DNA from: an archaeon
Lineage (GTDB): Archaea > Nanobdellota > Nanobdellia > Pacearchaeales > GW2011-AR1
Reading direction: 5' to 3'
Assembly (NCBI GenBank): GCA_018657525.1
Contig: JABHWZ010000004.1
Coordinates: forward strand, 26,245-90,244
DNA length: 64,000 nucleotides
The notes under the pieces are model-generated. The model was not told where the DNA came from. It made no database searches and saw only the letters and a list, made by a program, of their open reading frames with translations. This document shows positions 45,978-55,364 of the stretch, piece by piece. Each line of letters opens with the position of its first letter. Position 1 is the first letter of the stretch. Both the position numbers and the translations under genes were made by a program.

Positions 45978-46373
45978 TTATCTATCTAATTCTGTGTGAC
46001 AATGAACTGTCCATAAAAATGAAGGCAATAAATATGTTTTTCCTTTGTGCTCTGTCAAGTATCCAAATTTCTTTTCCAGAACTGCATCCAATCCATAATC
46101 TTTTCTTCCTTTAACTTCTCTGGCTCTCCATTCTCCTACTTTAGCTGCTCTCATAATCAAATTAACAAGATGTTGTTCATATTTGGAGTTTCCCAAAGTG
46201 TCCATAACTAATCTGGCTACAACATTTTTTCCCTGCGCAATAGCGCTTTTATGTTTACCAAAAACATCTTCGACAGGACTTTCCCTGTTTAAAATTCTCA
46301 TATAATCATCAGAATAAATTTCATCATCTAAGATTACATTTTGACCAATTAATTTTCTACTTGGAATTGTCAT
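45978..46373 (-). CDS. Hypothetical protein (partner of Cys-rich ORF 1)
   Basis: 131-aa ORF, ATGA-coupled to 46370-46588. Confidence 0.65.
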   Translation of the reverse strand: MTIPSRKLIGQNVILDDEIYSDDYMRILNRESPVEDVFGKHKSAIAQGKNVVARLVMDTLGNSKYEQHLVNLIMRAAKVGEWRAREVKGRKDYGLDAVLEKKFGYLTEHKGKTYLLPSFLWTVHCHTELDR

Positions 46374-46588
46374 CTTTTTTTCTCCATATGATTATCACAT
46401 CGTCCCTTGCCACAAGTCTGATGAAGTCTTTCGCCTTCTGCAGTTGGTTTACAGTTTAAACAATCATATATCTCTAATCCCTCAACATCATGCGCTTTAA
46501 CTCTGTGGGGCTTTGTCTTGTCTGGATCATATTTAGAGCATCCTCCAACATAGCTTCGATGCAAAATGCCGTTTTCATCTATAGTCAT
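46370..46588 (-). CDS. Small Cys-rich protein, paralog 1
   Basis: RSYVGxC...DVEGL..Y.CLNC.PT.EGE...CGK..C shared with 47312-47530. Confidence 0.75.
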   Translation of the reverse strand: MTIDENGILHRSYVGGCSKYDPDKTKPHRVKAHDVEGLEIYDCLNCKPTAEGERLHQTCGKGRCDNHMEKKR

Positions 46589-46649
46589 TGTATTATTGTA
46601 ATTTTAAAGGGGTATTTAAATCTTTTGTTCTAAGAAGTTTTAAACTTTC

Positions 46650-47315
46650 TTATCTGTAAAATTCTTCAACTTTATTATCTAAATACTCTGCCTCTTCTAG
46701 TGGAAGTTTACCTTTTCTTCTCATTTGGCAAGCCCATCCCATCATCAACCCTGCTGTTGAAGTCATAAATGGAGGAAAAACTTGTGTCATAAATTCCATA
46801 TGAGCCTGGATCTCAGCAGAAGGGGCAGGATTAACTCCCCCTGTTAGATAATTACAGAGAAGAGGTGCTATTGTATACGCCATTGCTGCAGTAATTGCCA
46901 CCATCCCCACAAAATTATCTGGTGCTAAAATTCCATCAGTTCTTAAATAATTCAATCCCCTGCTAACCAATTCTTTTGTTTGTCCTAATCTTTCATTATG
47001 AACTTTATTTCTTCTCCTAGGAAATAATCTCCAAACCGGTTTATCAACTCGATCAGATAACTCTCTTAAAGAATCTCCAATAGTTATCTTTCCATTTATC
47101 GCATCTTTCAAAACAGGATTCTCTTCATATGCTCTTATTATTTGTTTTTGATATTCAGACATATCAATCCAAGGTAAATCCTCAAGAGTGGGCCCCATAT
47201 AGTTTTCTTCAAACATTCTATATCCTTCAAACTTTTTTCTTACTTCATCAAACTCTTGTCGAATTTCATCATTTATTCCTTCTGATTCTTTTAATTGAGC
47301 ATATAAACTTGTCAT
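46650..47315 (-). CDS. Two-TM hypothetical protein (partner of Cys-rich ORF 2)
   Basis: 221-aa ORF with two C-terminal hydrophobic segments; ATGA-coupled. Confidence 0.65.
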   Translation of the reverse strand: MTSLYAQLKESEGINDEIRQEFDEVRKKFEGYRMFEENYMGPTLEDLPWIDMSEYQKQIIRAYEENPVLKDAINGKITIGDSLRELSDRVDKPVWRLFPRRRNKVHNERLGQTKELVSRGLNYLRTDGILAPDNFVGMVAITAAMAYTIAPLLCNYLTGGVNPAPSAEIQAHMEFMTQVFPPFMTSTAGLMMGWACQMRRKGKLPLEEAEYLDNKVEEFYR

Positions 47316-47530
47316 CTTTTTTTCTTCCTAAAATTTTCACAATATCTCTTACCACACGGTTGAGTTATTTTCTCTCCTTCATCAGTTGGCACACAATTCA
47401 AACATTCATAAACATCCAAACCTTCCACATCACGCGCTTTAACTCCGCGAGGTCTTGTAGTGTCTGGTAAATAACTAGAACACTCTCCAACATAGCTTCG
47501 ATTTAAAATTCTGTTTCTATTTCTTACCAT
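47312..47530 (-). CDS. Small Cys-rich protein, paralog 2
   Basis: Same length (72 aa) and same Cys pattern as 46370-46588. Confidence 0.75.
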   Translation of the reverse strand: MVRNRNRILNRSYVGECSSYLPDTTRPRGVKARDVEGLDVYECLNCVPTDEGEKITQPCGKRYCENFRKKKR

Positions 47531-47618
47531 CGTAATATTTCAATTTTTAAAACATTTATAAACATTTGTATGTTCAATAAATCCAAATATTTATAAAACA
47601 TTTTTTTATCTAATTTTT

Positions 47619-47921
47619 ATGACAAAACAATTAGATAAGATGGCAAGTGACTTTTCTTTAGCCTATGCTTTATGTTCTAGTGCAAGAAGGACTTGTTGTA
47701 TAATTGGGCCCGCTCTAAGACTTGGAAGTTTTGATTTAGAAAATATGCAAATGTTTATTGAAGGACTTAAAGATAATTGGAATTTGTTAAACCAACTTTC
47801 CACCAGATATCTTAAAACTCAAGAGATTACAAATTATCTTCTTCAAGTTAAATCTACTGCAAAAGACTCCTTGCCAGAAAATTTTTATAATTGGATTTAT
47901 GAAACTGACTCTACAGATTAA
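47619..47921 (+). CDS. Hypothetical protein
   Basis: 100-aa ORF with TATA-like TTTATAAA upstream. Confidence 0.5.
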   Translation: MTKQLDKMASDFSLAYALCSSARRTCCIIGPALRLGSFDLENMQMFIEGLKDNWNLLNQLSTRYLKTQEITNYLLQVKSTAKDSLPENFYNWIYETDSTD

Positions 47922-47933
47922 TCAAATCTAATC

Positions 47934-48920
47934 TTAATCACATGTTTCAATTTTTTCTTTTGTTATATACTGATATGCAGAATAAGCTGCAGTGCAACCA
48001 TCCGCCACTCCAATAATTAATTGTTTGAATTCTTTATCAGTTACATCCCCTGCTGCGAAAATCCCTTTAACATTAGTTAAACAATTTTTATGGTCAATTA
48101 TTATTTCATCTTTCTTATTTGTTTTAACTCCAATATCTTTTGCTAATCCCGAAAGAACCTTATGGCCAATTGCAACAAAAACAGCATTAACTTCTAATTC
48201 TTTCTTCTTTTTGTAGGGTTTATCCAAAGTCACTGATTCAGCTTTGGAACTTCCTTTAACTTCTATGACGTTTGTTTTATTTATTACTTTAATTTTTTTA
48301 TTCTCTTTAATTTTTTCTAAATTTGTCGGTTCAGGATGAATCTTTTCCCCTCGATAAATCATGTAAACTTTATCTGCATATTGAGCTAAAATAAGTGCAT
48401 CAATCGCAGCACTATCTGACCCTCCAATAACTGCCACAGTTTTCCCCCTATACAAAGGACCATCACATAAGGCACAATAATTAATTCCTCTTCTGTCAAA
48501 TTTTTCAGAACCTTTCACAGTTTTTGGAAGTTTCCTCCATTTTGTTCCTGTTGCAAAAATAATTGCCTTTGATTTATATCCTTCTTTTTCAGTTTTAATA
48601 TTAAAACAAGTTTTCATTTTTTCCACTGATTCAGCTTTTTCAGTTTTAATAGTAATATCTTCATAATTTCTTGCATGTTCTTCGATTTTTCTAGCAAGTT
48701 CCATCCCTCCAATTTTTTTAAAACCAGGATAATTTTCCACCACATTTGTTGTAGTGATAACTCCTCCAATTGGTAACTCGGAACCATGAGGAGTCCCTAA
48801 AACCAAAGTTTTCAAACCCAATCTTGAAGCATACATTCCCGCGGCCAAACCTGTTCCTCCTGCACCGATAATAATCAAATCATAATTTTCTTTAACAACT
48901 TCTTTTCCCTCTTTTTTCAT
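47934..48920 (-). CDS. trxB: Thioredoxin reductase
   Basis: IIGAGGTG, ENYPG, ATG, YCALCDG, IGGSDSA, FAAGD. Confidence 0.93.
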   Translation of the reverse strand: MKKEGKEVVKENYDLIIIGAGGTGLAAGMYASRLGLKTLVLGTPHGSELPIGGVITTTNVVENYPGFKKIGGMELARKIEEHARNYEDITIKTEKAESVEKMKTCFNIKTEKEGYKSKAIIFATGTKWRKLPKTVKGSEKFDRRGINYCALCDGPLYRGKTVAVIGGSDSAAIDALILAQYADKVYMIYRGEKIHPEPTNLEKIKENKKIKVINKTNVIEVKGSSKAESVTLDKPYKKKKELEVNAVFVAIGHKVLSGLAKDIGVKTNKKDEIIIDHKNCLTNVKGIFAAGDVTDKEFKQLIIGVADGCTAAYSAYQYITKEKIETCD

Positions 48921-48960
48921 ATTATCTTCCTATTTTTATTTAATTTAAATGTTCCCTTTT

Positions 48961-49314
48961 TTATCCCCGCCATCGATCAATTTTATTTTCAACTTTGGTA
49001 GACCAGCTTTGGATAATCTGTTTTATTTTTTTTCTAATCTGCATTTTTGAATTACATTCATAGGTAAAAATATACCCTCCATTTTGCAAATTCTTTTGAT
49101 GTCTAATTATAACTTCTTGCCCAAATAATTTTTTTACTGCTTTTTGAATTGTAGTTAAACCTAAATTTAATTTTTTAATCATCCCTATAGTGGTATGTTC
49201 TGTTTTGGAATTAGCTAAAAAATATTTAAAAATTTCAAATTCCTTTTTAGTCAGTCCTAATCCACATTTAATAATATCATCCAAATTAAACTTTTTACAC
49301 GCAAAGTTTATCAT
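48961..49314 (-). CDS. Winged-HTH transcriptional regulator (COG3355-like)
   Basis: FACKK...[12 protein letters not shown]...[10 protein letters not shown]...GGYIFTY. Confidence 0.75.
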   Translation of the reverse strand: MINFACKKFNLDDIIKCGLGLTKKEFEIFKYFLANSKTEHTTIGMIKKLNLGLTTIQKAVKKLFGQEVIIRHQKNLQNGGYIFTYECNSKMQIRKKIKQIIQSWSTKVENKIDRWRG

Positions 49315-49634
49315 CCTAGAATAGATTCAATTTTTTCTTTCAAAGCTTCTTTCGGCACAAATCCCACAATTCTATCAATTTCTTTCCCATCTTTAGTTAC
49401 AATCAGACAAGGGATCCCACTAACCTCAAATTGTGCAGGAAGATTCTCTTCCTCTTCGATATTAACCTTGACAAATTTTAGTTTCCCAACAAAGTCTTCA
49501 CTAAGTTCTTCAAAAACCGGGCCCATCATTTGACACGGACCACACCACGAAGCCCAGAAATCAATGATTACAGGAATTTCTGATTTTTCAACTTCCTCTT
49601 GGAAATTCAAACTTATTACTTTTTTTGTTGTCAT
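49311..49634 (-). CDS. trxA: Thioredoxin (WCGPC)
   Basis: [10 protein letters not shown]. Confidence 0.95.
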   Translation of the reverse strand: MTTKKVISLNFQEEVEKSEIPVIIDFWASWCGPCQMMGPVFEELSEDFVGKLKFVKVNIEEEENLPAQFEVSGIPCLIVTKDGKEIDRIVGFVPKEALKEKIESILG

Positions 49635-49769
49635 TTTTGCTCCAATACTTCACAATTTAGAGTACCTAATTGCACTTTATAAGTACTTATATAATCAAGA
49701 AGTACTATTTAAACCTTTCTCAGATAAATTTTCCACAACTTTTATAATCTCCACCCTCCTTTCTTAAAT

Positions 49770-50522
49770 ATGAAAAAGAAAGTTTTACTTTTAGGTGCTT
49801 CTGGAAATATTGGAACCGGTTTCATAGAAAACTATTTGGAAAATCAAGAATATCAAAAAGATTACGATTTGATTATTGGAATTCATCAACACAATTCAAT
49901 AACAGACAAACTTAAAACAAGAAAGTTTTCACTAACAGATTTAGATTCTTTAAGAAAAGCATTCCAAGGAATTGATGTAATAATCAACTTAGCCGCCAAT
50001 CCACATCCCGAAGCTGATTTCGAAAATTTAATCGATTCCAATTTAATCGGAGCTTATAATGTTTTCCAAATTGCAAAAGAAAAAAAAGTTGCGAGAGTAA
50101 TTTTTGCAAGTAGTGTGCATGCTATAAAAGGTTATGATTTAGATTACAAAGTCAGAGCAGAGGACGCACCAAAACCTCTAACAATTTACGGAGCAACAAA
50201 AGCATTTGGCGAAGCACTTTGTTACACTTTTTCACAAAATTCAGAATTATCTTGCATTGCAATACGAATCGGAGCTTACGCAGCAAAAGAAAAAATGCAC
50301 AATGTTTGTTCTCAGAGAACAGATTATCATTACGTCGTAAGTCAAAAAGACCTTTCCCAATTAATCCATAAAACAATTATTGCTCCAGAAAAAATCAAAT
50401 ATACAATTCTAGCTGGAATATCAAACAATAAAAAACATAGTATGGATTTAGAACTCGCAAAAAAGTTAGTTAATTACAATCCTAAAGACGACGCTTATGC
50501 AATTTGTGAGAAGACTAGATAA
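49770..50522 (+). CDS. NAD-dependent epimerase/dehydratase (uronate dehydrogenase-like SDR)
   Basis: GASGNIG, INLAA, ASSVH, YGATK. Confidence 0.85.
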   Translation: MKKKVLLLGASGNIGTGFIENYLENQEYQKDYDLIIGIHQHNSITDKLKTRKFSLTDLDSLRKAFQGIDVIINLAANPHPEADFENLIDSNLIGAYNVFQIAKEKKVARVIFASSVHAIKGYDLDYKVRAEDAPKPLTIYGATKAFGEALCYTFSQNSELSCIAIRIGAYAAKEKMHNVCSQRTDYHYVVSQKDLSQLIHKTIIAPEKIKYTILAGISNNKKHSMDLELAKKLVNYNPKDDAYAICEKTR

Positions 50523-51324
50523 AATAATAATCATAAAATAATCTTTTATTGATATAAAATAATATCCCTAAGAGGCCAGTAAAAGACAATATTAATGCCA
50601 CCCAATTTAATGAATTCTCCCCGAGCTCTTTAATTATATTCCCAGTAATACTTGAATTAATTAAAAACATACTAAAACTCAATAATGCTATCCCAATACT
50701 CAAGCATAATTTTTGAGATAAGTCTTTGCTTTTTTGTTTGATTAATCCTCCACTTACATATTCTTCTCCTTCTTGCCTGTATTGTGAAAAACAATAATCC
50801 TCTGTAGGAACTATTTTAAATCTAAATTTTGCATCTCTCGAAAGGTCATCTAGCGCAGAATGCAACATACTTTGTTTACCTATCCTACATTTCGAAGTTT
50901 TAACCTTCCGCTTAAATCTCACAATTAGATTTCTTTTTCTATCTTCATCTATTCTGTCTGTTTCTTTTGATTTTTTCATAACCAAATAACCTGCTAACTG
51001 CCCTGAAGGTTTTTCTTTATATGCAATTACTGCAGTCTTCACTCTTGAATCTCTCAAAAAAGCATCAACATCCTCTGGACTTGGAGCAACAGTTATAGAT
51101 TTTTTGGAAGGCAAAAATCTATGAGTATGTATCAAAGTGTAAGGTTTTTTCCCGTGTCTTTCACTTAAGAATAGGGCCTTAAGTGGATGGACTTCCACTC
51201 CCCCTTCTTCAGGCAAGGCACTCACATCAACCGGTTCTTCCCCGGGAAATTTGATTAGGGCTTCTTCAGTTTTTGTATATCCACTCCCCTCAATAATCTC
51301 TCTAGGACTTTTCCTTTTTTTCAT
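50515..51324 (-). CDS. JAB/MPN-like domain protein with C-terminal two-TM anchor
   Basis: EEALI...IHTH...PSPED motif; SITGNII between two TM helices. Confidence 0.5.
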   Translation of the reverse strand: MKKRKSPREIIEGSGYTKTEEALIKFPGEEPVDVSALPEEGGVEVHPLKALFLSERHGKKPYTLIHTHRFLPSKKSITVAPSPEDVDAFLRDSRVKTAVIAYKEKPSGQLAGYLVMKKSKETDRIDEDRKRNLIVRFKRKVKTSKCRIGKQSMLHSALDDLSRDAKFRFKIVPTEDYCFSQYRQEGEEYVSGGLIKQKSKDLSQKLCLSIGIALLSFSMFLINSSITGNIIKELGENSLNWVALILSFTGLLGILFYINKRLFYDYYFI

Positions 51325-51415
51325 ATTAAAAGATTTATTGAGATATTTAAATAATTTTGCTTTGGAAAAAGAAAAGTCCCCCAAAATTTATAAACCATCC
51401 ACCCTTATTTTCAAT

Positions 51416-52159
51416 ATGGAAAAAGCAGTTCAGATAACTTTGATAATTTGTGGAACAATTTTATTCTTGGGATTAGTAGCTTTCTCAATAATTAGTCCTG
51501 CATTTCCACAAACTAATACTGTGACTGGAACAGGTGAAGCCTCAATAAAAGTTACTCCTGACATCGTTGGAGTTTACTTCAATGTAGAAACTTCTGGAAC
51601 AACAAGCAAAGAAGCAAAAGACGCAAACTCTGAAATTGTGGATGGTTTAATAACTGAATTACTAAAGCAAGGATTTGAAAGAAAACAAATTCAAACTCAA
51701 AATTTTAATATTTATGAAGATTATGATTGGACAAATGGGCAAAGAATTCCAAAAGGTTTCAAAGCAACACATTCAATTAAGGTAGAATTGTCTTCAGAAA
51801 ATTCTGAGAAAATAGGTGAAATAATCGACGCTGGAGTTGACGCAGGAGCAAGAATTAGTTACATAAATTTTGAGTTAAGCCAAGAACTTCAAAATACTCA
51901 TAAAGCAGAAGCAATGAAACTTGCTGCTCAAGATGCGAAAACAAAAGCAAACGCAATCGCAGAAGGGTTATCCGAAAAATTGGGGAACTTAGTTTCAACA
52001 TCAAGTAATGACTTTGATTATCAACCTTGGAGACTACATGAGGCAGTTGGTTCGGGGATATCTGAAGACGCTGAATTAGCAAAAGAAGCTTCAACAAATA
52101 TCCAACCTTCTGAAAGAGAAATATCTGCACGAGTTACAGCAGTTTTTAAATTAAAATAA
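51416..52159 (+). CDS. SIMPL (DUF541) domain protein
   Basis: VTGTGEASIKVTPD, IQTQNFNI, IIDAGVDAGA, AAQDAKTKANAIA; N-terminal TM helix. Confidence 0.88.
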   Translation: MEKAVQITLIICGTILFLGLVAFSIISPAFPQTNTVTGTGEASIKVTPDIVGVYFNVETSGTTSKEAKDANSEIVDGLITELLKQGFERKQIQTQNFNIYEDYDWTNGQRIPKGFKATHSIKVELSSENSEKIGEIIDAGVDAGARISYINFELSQELQNTHKAEAMKLAAQDAKTKANAIAEGLSEKLGNLVSTSSNDFDYQPWRLHEAVGSGISEDAELAKEASTNIQPSEREISARVTAVFKLK

Positions 52160-52195
52160 AAATTTAAAAAATTATTTAATTTATGAATCAGTTAT

Positions 52196-52411
52196 TTACC
52201 TACATCCACAACTTCCACTGCTAACTGCTCCACATGTTGCTCTTCCACAATTGTTTTCAAGTGTGCAACTATTTCCACAAGTCGTTCCGCAACTAAGCGC
52301 ATCAGTTTGTTCAGTGTCAGTTGATGAATCAGTAGTAACCGCATTAATTGTCGTGATTCCAGCAAAAACTAAAACCAACGCAATAACTCCTAATGTTATC
52401 CATAGCTTCAT
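52196..52411 (-). CDS. Secreted/anchored peptide with Cys-rich metallothionein-like tail
   Basis: Signal peptide plus CGTTCGNSC...CGRATC...SCGC; GGAGG SD. Confidence 0.65.
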   Translation of the reverse strand: MKLWITLGVIALVLVFAGITTINAVTTDSSTDTEQTDALSCGTTCGNSCTLENNCGRATCGAVSSGSCGCR

Positions 52412-52489
52412 ATTTATACCTCCAATTTAATTGAAATAATAAAAAAATAATTTTATATAATCGGTTCGCTGAAACTAGTTACATTTTAT

Positions 52490-52582
52490 TTAAGCACAAC
52501 AAAATTATTCATCGTGTCAAGAAAACTTCAATATATCTTAATGCTTTGATTAATTTTGCTTAAGCACAACAAAATTATTCAT
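52490..52582 (-). repeat. 23-bp duplicate of the 3' end of the wHTH gene
   Basis: ttaagcacaacaaaattattcat at 52490-52512 and 52560-52582. Confidence 0.9.
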
Positions 52583-53023
52583 TCCTCTTCGCTTTCTTTC
52601 TACAATTTCTCGTGCTTCTAGCTTATCTAAAAGCCGAGTCATTCCAACTTTTCCAATTCCCAATTCTTCCATCAATGTTTTCTGAAACATTCCCCCTTCC
52701 TTCTGAAGCATTTCAATAGCTTGTTTCTCCCGCACATTTAATCCCTTCAATTCAATTGGCTTCTTTTTCTCTTTTACTATTTTATATTTAATTTTCTCTC
52801 GCGGTTTTGTATTCATTATAACTAACCCAATAATTAAAATAACTGCAACAATACTTAGACTTATCCAAGTTTGAATATTAGCATTTGTGTACATTCCACA
52901 CGTGGGTCCATGCGAACAACTTATATCTAGATTTGCCTTTATCAAATTATTAAATATCCAAACCATGGCTCCCATTACCCCTGAAATTCCCACAATTAAC
53001 CAACCGACATTTTTATTTTCCAT
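52550..53023 (-). CDS. Two-TM protein with C-terminal MarR-like winged HTH
   Basis: Two TM helices with a CSHGPTC loop; GMFQKTL...KVGMTRLLDKLE..EIVERKRRGMNN. Confidence 0.8.
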   Translation of the reverse strand: MENKNVGWLIVGISGVMGAMVWIFNNLIKANLDISCSHGPTCGMYTNANIQTWISLSIVAVILIIGLVIMNTKPREKIKYKIVKEKKKPIELKGLNVREKQAIEMLQKEGGMFQKTLMEELGIGKVGMTRLLDKLEAREIVERKRRGMNNFVVLKQN

Positions 53024-53405
53024 TTATTTTCCCCTCATAATTTTTAATTGCCTTCCCAAGTGCTTCAATTCCTAAAATAGAACAATGAACTTTTATTCTG
53101 GGCATTCCCCCCAAAGCTTTCACAATATCCTCTTTTTTTATTTTCTTTGCCTGTTCTAAAGTTTTACCTTTTGCTAATTCACAAACAACATCTGAAGCTG
53201 CTATCGCAGCTCCACATCCAAAAGTCTTAAATCCAATATCCTTGATCACTTTTGTCTTTTTATCTAACTTGAATTCTAAATGCATAACATCCCCGCACGC
53301 AACATTTCCAACTTCTCCAACAGCGTCGGGATTTTTTACATCTTTTACAAATTTTGGATTTTGAAATCTTTTTAAAAGTTCTTTGGTGTAATTTAATTGT
53401 ATCAT
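53013..53405 (-). CDS. iscU: Fe-S cluster scaffold IscU/NifU
   Basis: GNVACGD, FGCGAAIA, KVHCS. Confidence 0.93.
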   Translation of the reverse strand: MIQLNYTKELLKRFQNPKFVKDVKNPDAVGEVGNVACGDVMHLEFKLDKKTKVIKDIGFKTFGCGAAIAASDVVCELAKGKTLEQAKKIKKEDIVKALGGMPRIKVHCSILGIEALGKAIKNYEGKINGK

Positions 53406-53456
53406 TTTAAATTATGCCAAAGAAAATATTCATATTTACTTTAGTATAGGTGTTAT

Positions 53457-54335
53457 TCATTTTGCATGAATGTATTTTAATTTACTTAGTTCTTGAACAT
53501 ACTTTTTCCTGACTTCTTCATTTTCTTCAATTCTACAATTTCCCCAGGTTCCTGGACTTCCCCAAGTTTTATCTTTTATCCAATCCCAATTAATATAACA
53601 AAAAGCCTTGATTTGCTTATGTTTTCCAATCCATTCAAAATATGGTTTAAACCAGTTATCCCAACTTTTTTCTCCATCTAAAACTCCAACTTCTGCAGCA
53701 GTTGATTCTCCAATCATCACCGGTTTTTTATGTTTTTTAGCTAATGTTAAAAAATCTTCTACAGGCTTATATTTTCCTGTCAAGTGCCTAGCAAAGAACA
53801 CATCTATCCCAAACCAATCCACATAATCATCTCCGGGATAATATTTTTCAACAGGATCTGTTCCATTAAATGGGCAAGCACACCAAACAGTAGCAATATT
53901 TTCAATTTTAGCTTTTCTAAATTTATCTGTGATATATTGCCACGCCTCCACAAAATTATCTGAATCATATTTTCCTTTTTTATCAAATTCATATCCTATC
54001 CTAATAAATGTTGACCTTTTCATTTTTTGAATCATTCTAAAAAATTTATCCAAATCTTCATCATACTTTCCAGCCAACACCTTAGAGGTTTGATCTTTTC
54101 CATCAGCATCTAATAATTTTAATCCAATTTGCAACATCAGATCTGGAAATTGTTTTAATTCATTTCTAATTTTTTTTATCCATTGTTGAATTTTATGAAT
54201 TTTTGCATAAGTCATATATATGGCTGGTTTAAATTCTTCAACGGAATCAGAATATTTTTTAAATTGTTCTAAACTTTGTCCTGCGCCATGGATTACTTTA
54301 TTCCCTTTTGGCTCAAATTTTTGATTAAAATTCAT
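53457..54335 (-). CDS. Glycoside hydrolase family 26-like TIM barrel
   Basis: FIRIGYEF, YYPGDDYVDWFGID, KPVMIGES. Confidence 0.8.
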   Translation of the reverse strand: MNFNQKFEPKGNKVIHGAGQSLEQFKKYSDSVEEFKPAIYMTYAKIHKIQQWIKKIRNELKQFPDLMLQIGLKLLDADGKDQTSKVLAGKYDEDLDKFFRMIQKMKRSTFIRIGYEFDKKGKYDSDNFVEAWQYITDKFRKAKIENIATVWCACPFNGTDPVEKYYPGDDYVDWFGIDVFFARHLTGKYKPVEDFLTLAKKHKKPVMIGESTAAEVGVLDGEKSWDNWFKPYFEWIGKHKQIKAFCYINWDWIKDKTWGSPGTWGNCRIEENEEVRKKYVQELSKLKYIHAK

Positions 54336-54730
54336 TTTATTTTCAATGGTAAAAAAGGTTTAATTGCTTTCCGCAGTTGTGGATACGTCCATTTCTTTTG
54401 GAACGAAATATAATCAAGTTCTTTTAAATGAGCTAGTGCTTCAGGGATTAATCTTTTTGAATCTGTAACATTAATTTCAATAAATTTGTTTTTTCCAATA
54501 TTAAATTTATTTTGCAAAACATCTTTTAACCTTTTTCTGACAGTGATAATTATATCTGCCCAATCAACATCTTCTTGTGAAATAGGATTCCACTTCATAT
54601 TTGGATCTTCAAAACCTTCGGCTCCACCATACCTTGTTTTATATCCTTTTCTCCCAAGATATTCTGCAAGATACTTACTCCGATTAAGTCCTTTAGAACA
54701 TACAGCCAATACTTTAATTTTTTCTTTCAC
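54332..54730 (-). CDS. Low-molecular-weight phosphatase / ArsC-like CX5R protein (COG4551)
   Basis: VLAVCSKGLNRS, DVDWADII. Confidence 0.7.
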   Translation of the reverse strand: MKEKIKVLAVCSKGLNRSKYLAEYLGRKGYKTRYGGAEGFEDPNMKWNPISQEDVDWADIIITVRKRLKDVLQNKFNIGKNKFIEINVTDSKRLIPEALAHLKELDYISFQKKWTYPQLRKAIKPFLPLKIK

Positions 54731-54975
54731 TCCAGTGCCTCCAACTTTTTCATCAATTCATTAATTTCTTTTTCAGAAAACCCGTGTGCCTGACAGCCCT
54801 GTTCAATGGATTCCATCTGCGACATCGGGCATCCAAAACAATGCATTCCAGCTTCCAATAAAACTTCTGCCGACTCTGGAATTTTATCAAGCAGTTCTGA
54901 AAAAGTCATGTCTTTTGTAATCTTTGCCCCAGCATTCCGCAATTTGGGGTACACTGAGCAGTGTTGTTTTTTCAT
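54727..54975 (-). CDS. DUF1858 (hybrid-cluster-associated) protein
   Basis: ITKDMT...GMHCFGCP....ESIEQGCQAHG. Confidence 0.85.
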   Translation of the reverse strand: MKKQHCSVYPKLRNAGAKITKDMTFSELLDKIPESAEVLLEAGMHCFGCPMSQMESIEQGCQAHGFSEKEINELMKKLEALE

Positions 54976-55364
54976 TTCAATTTTTCTGGTTTCCAATTTA
55001 ATTCTTTCATTCTCTTTCTAGCAAAATCTTCCATCCCCTGTTTAACAACCAGCACATCTAATTTATGGAGGATATTGTTAATTTGAATTTTACCTCCACG
55101 ATAAAGTTTCCACCAATCTCTCTCAGTGTTTAGGAATTTCCAATCCTTGGGAATAGAATCTTCAGGAACAATCGCTACTAAATCAATATCACTCCCATCA
55201 TGATTTCTGTAGGAAGTTTCATATTTACCAAATTCTCCAGTCGTAGAGCTTCCGACTAAGTATGCTTCTTTAACTTCGGGAACTAATTGTGATTTAACAA
55301 ATTTAATAATTCTTTGATGGACTTCCTCCTGATTCGAATAAATTATCTTTTTTGGTTTAGTCAT
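54972..55364 (-). CDS. Minimal nucleotidyltransferase-like protein
   Basis: YLVGS...SDIDLV...LDVLV. Confidence 0.7.
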   Translation of the reverse strand: MTKPKKIIYSNQEEVHQRIIKFVKSQLVPEVKEAYLVGSSTTGEFGKYETSYRNHDGSDIDLVAIVPEDSIPKDWKFLNTERDWWKLYRGGKIQINNILHKLDVLVVKQGMEDFARKRMKELNWKPEKLK

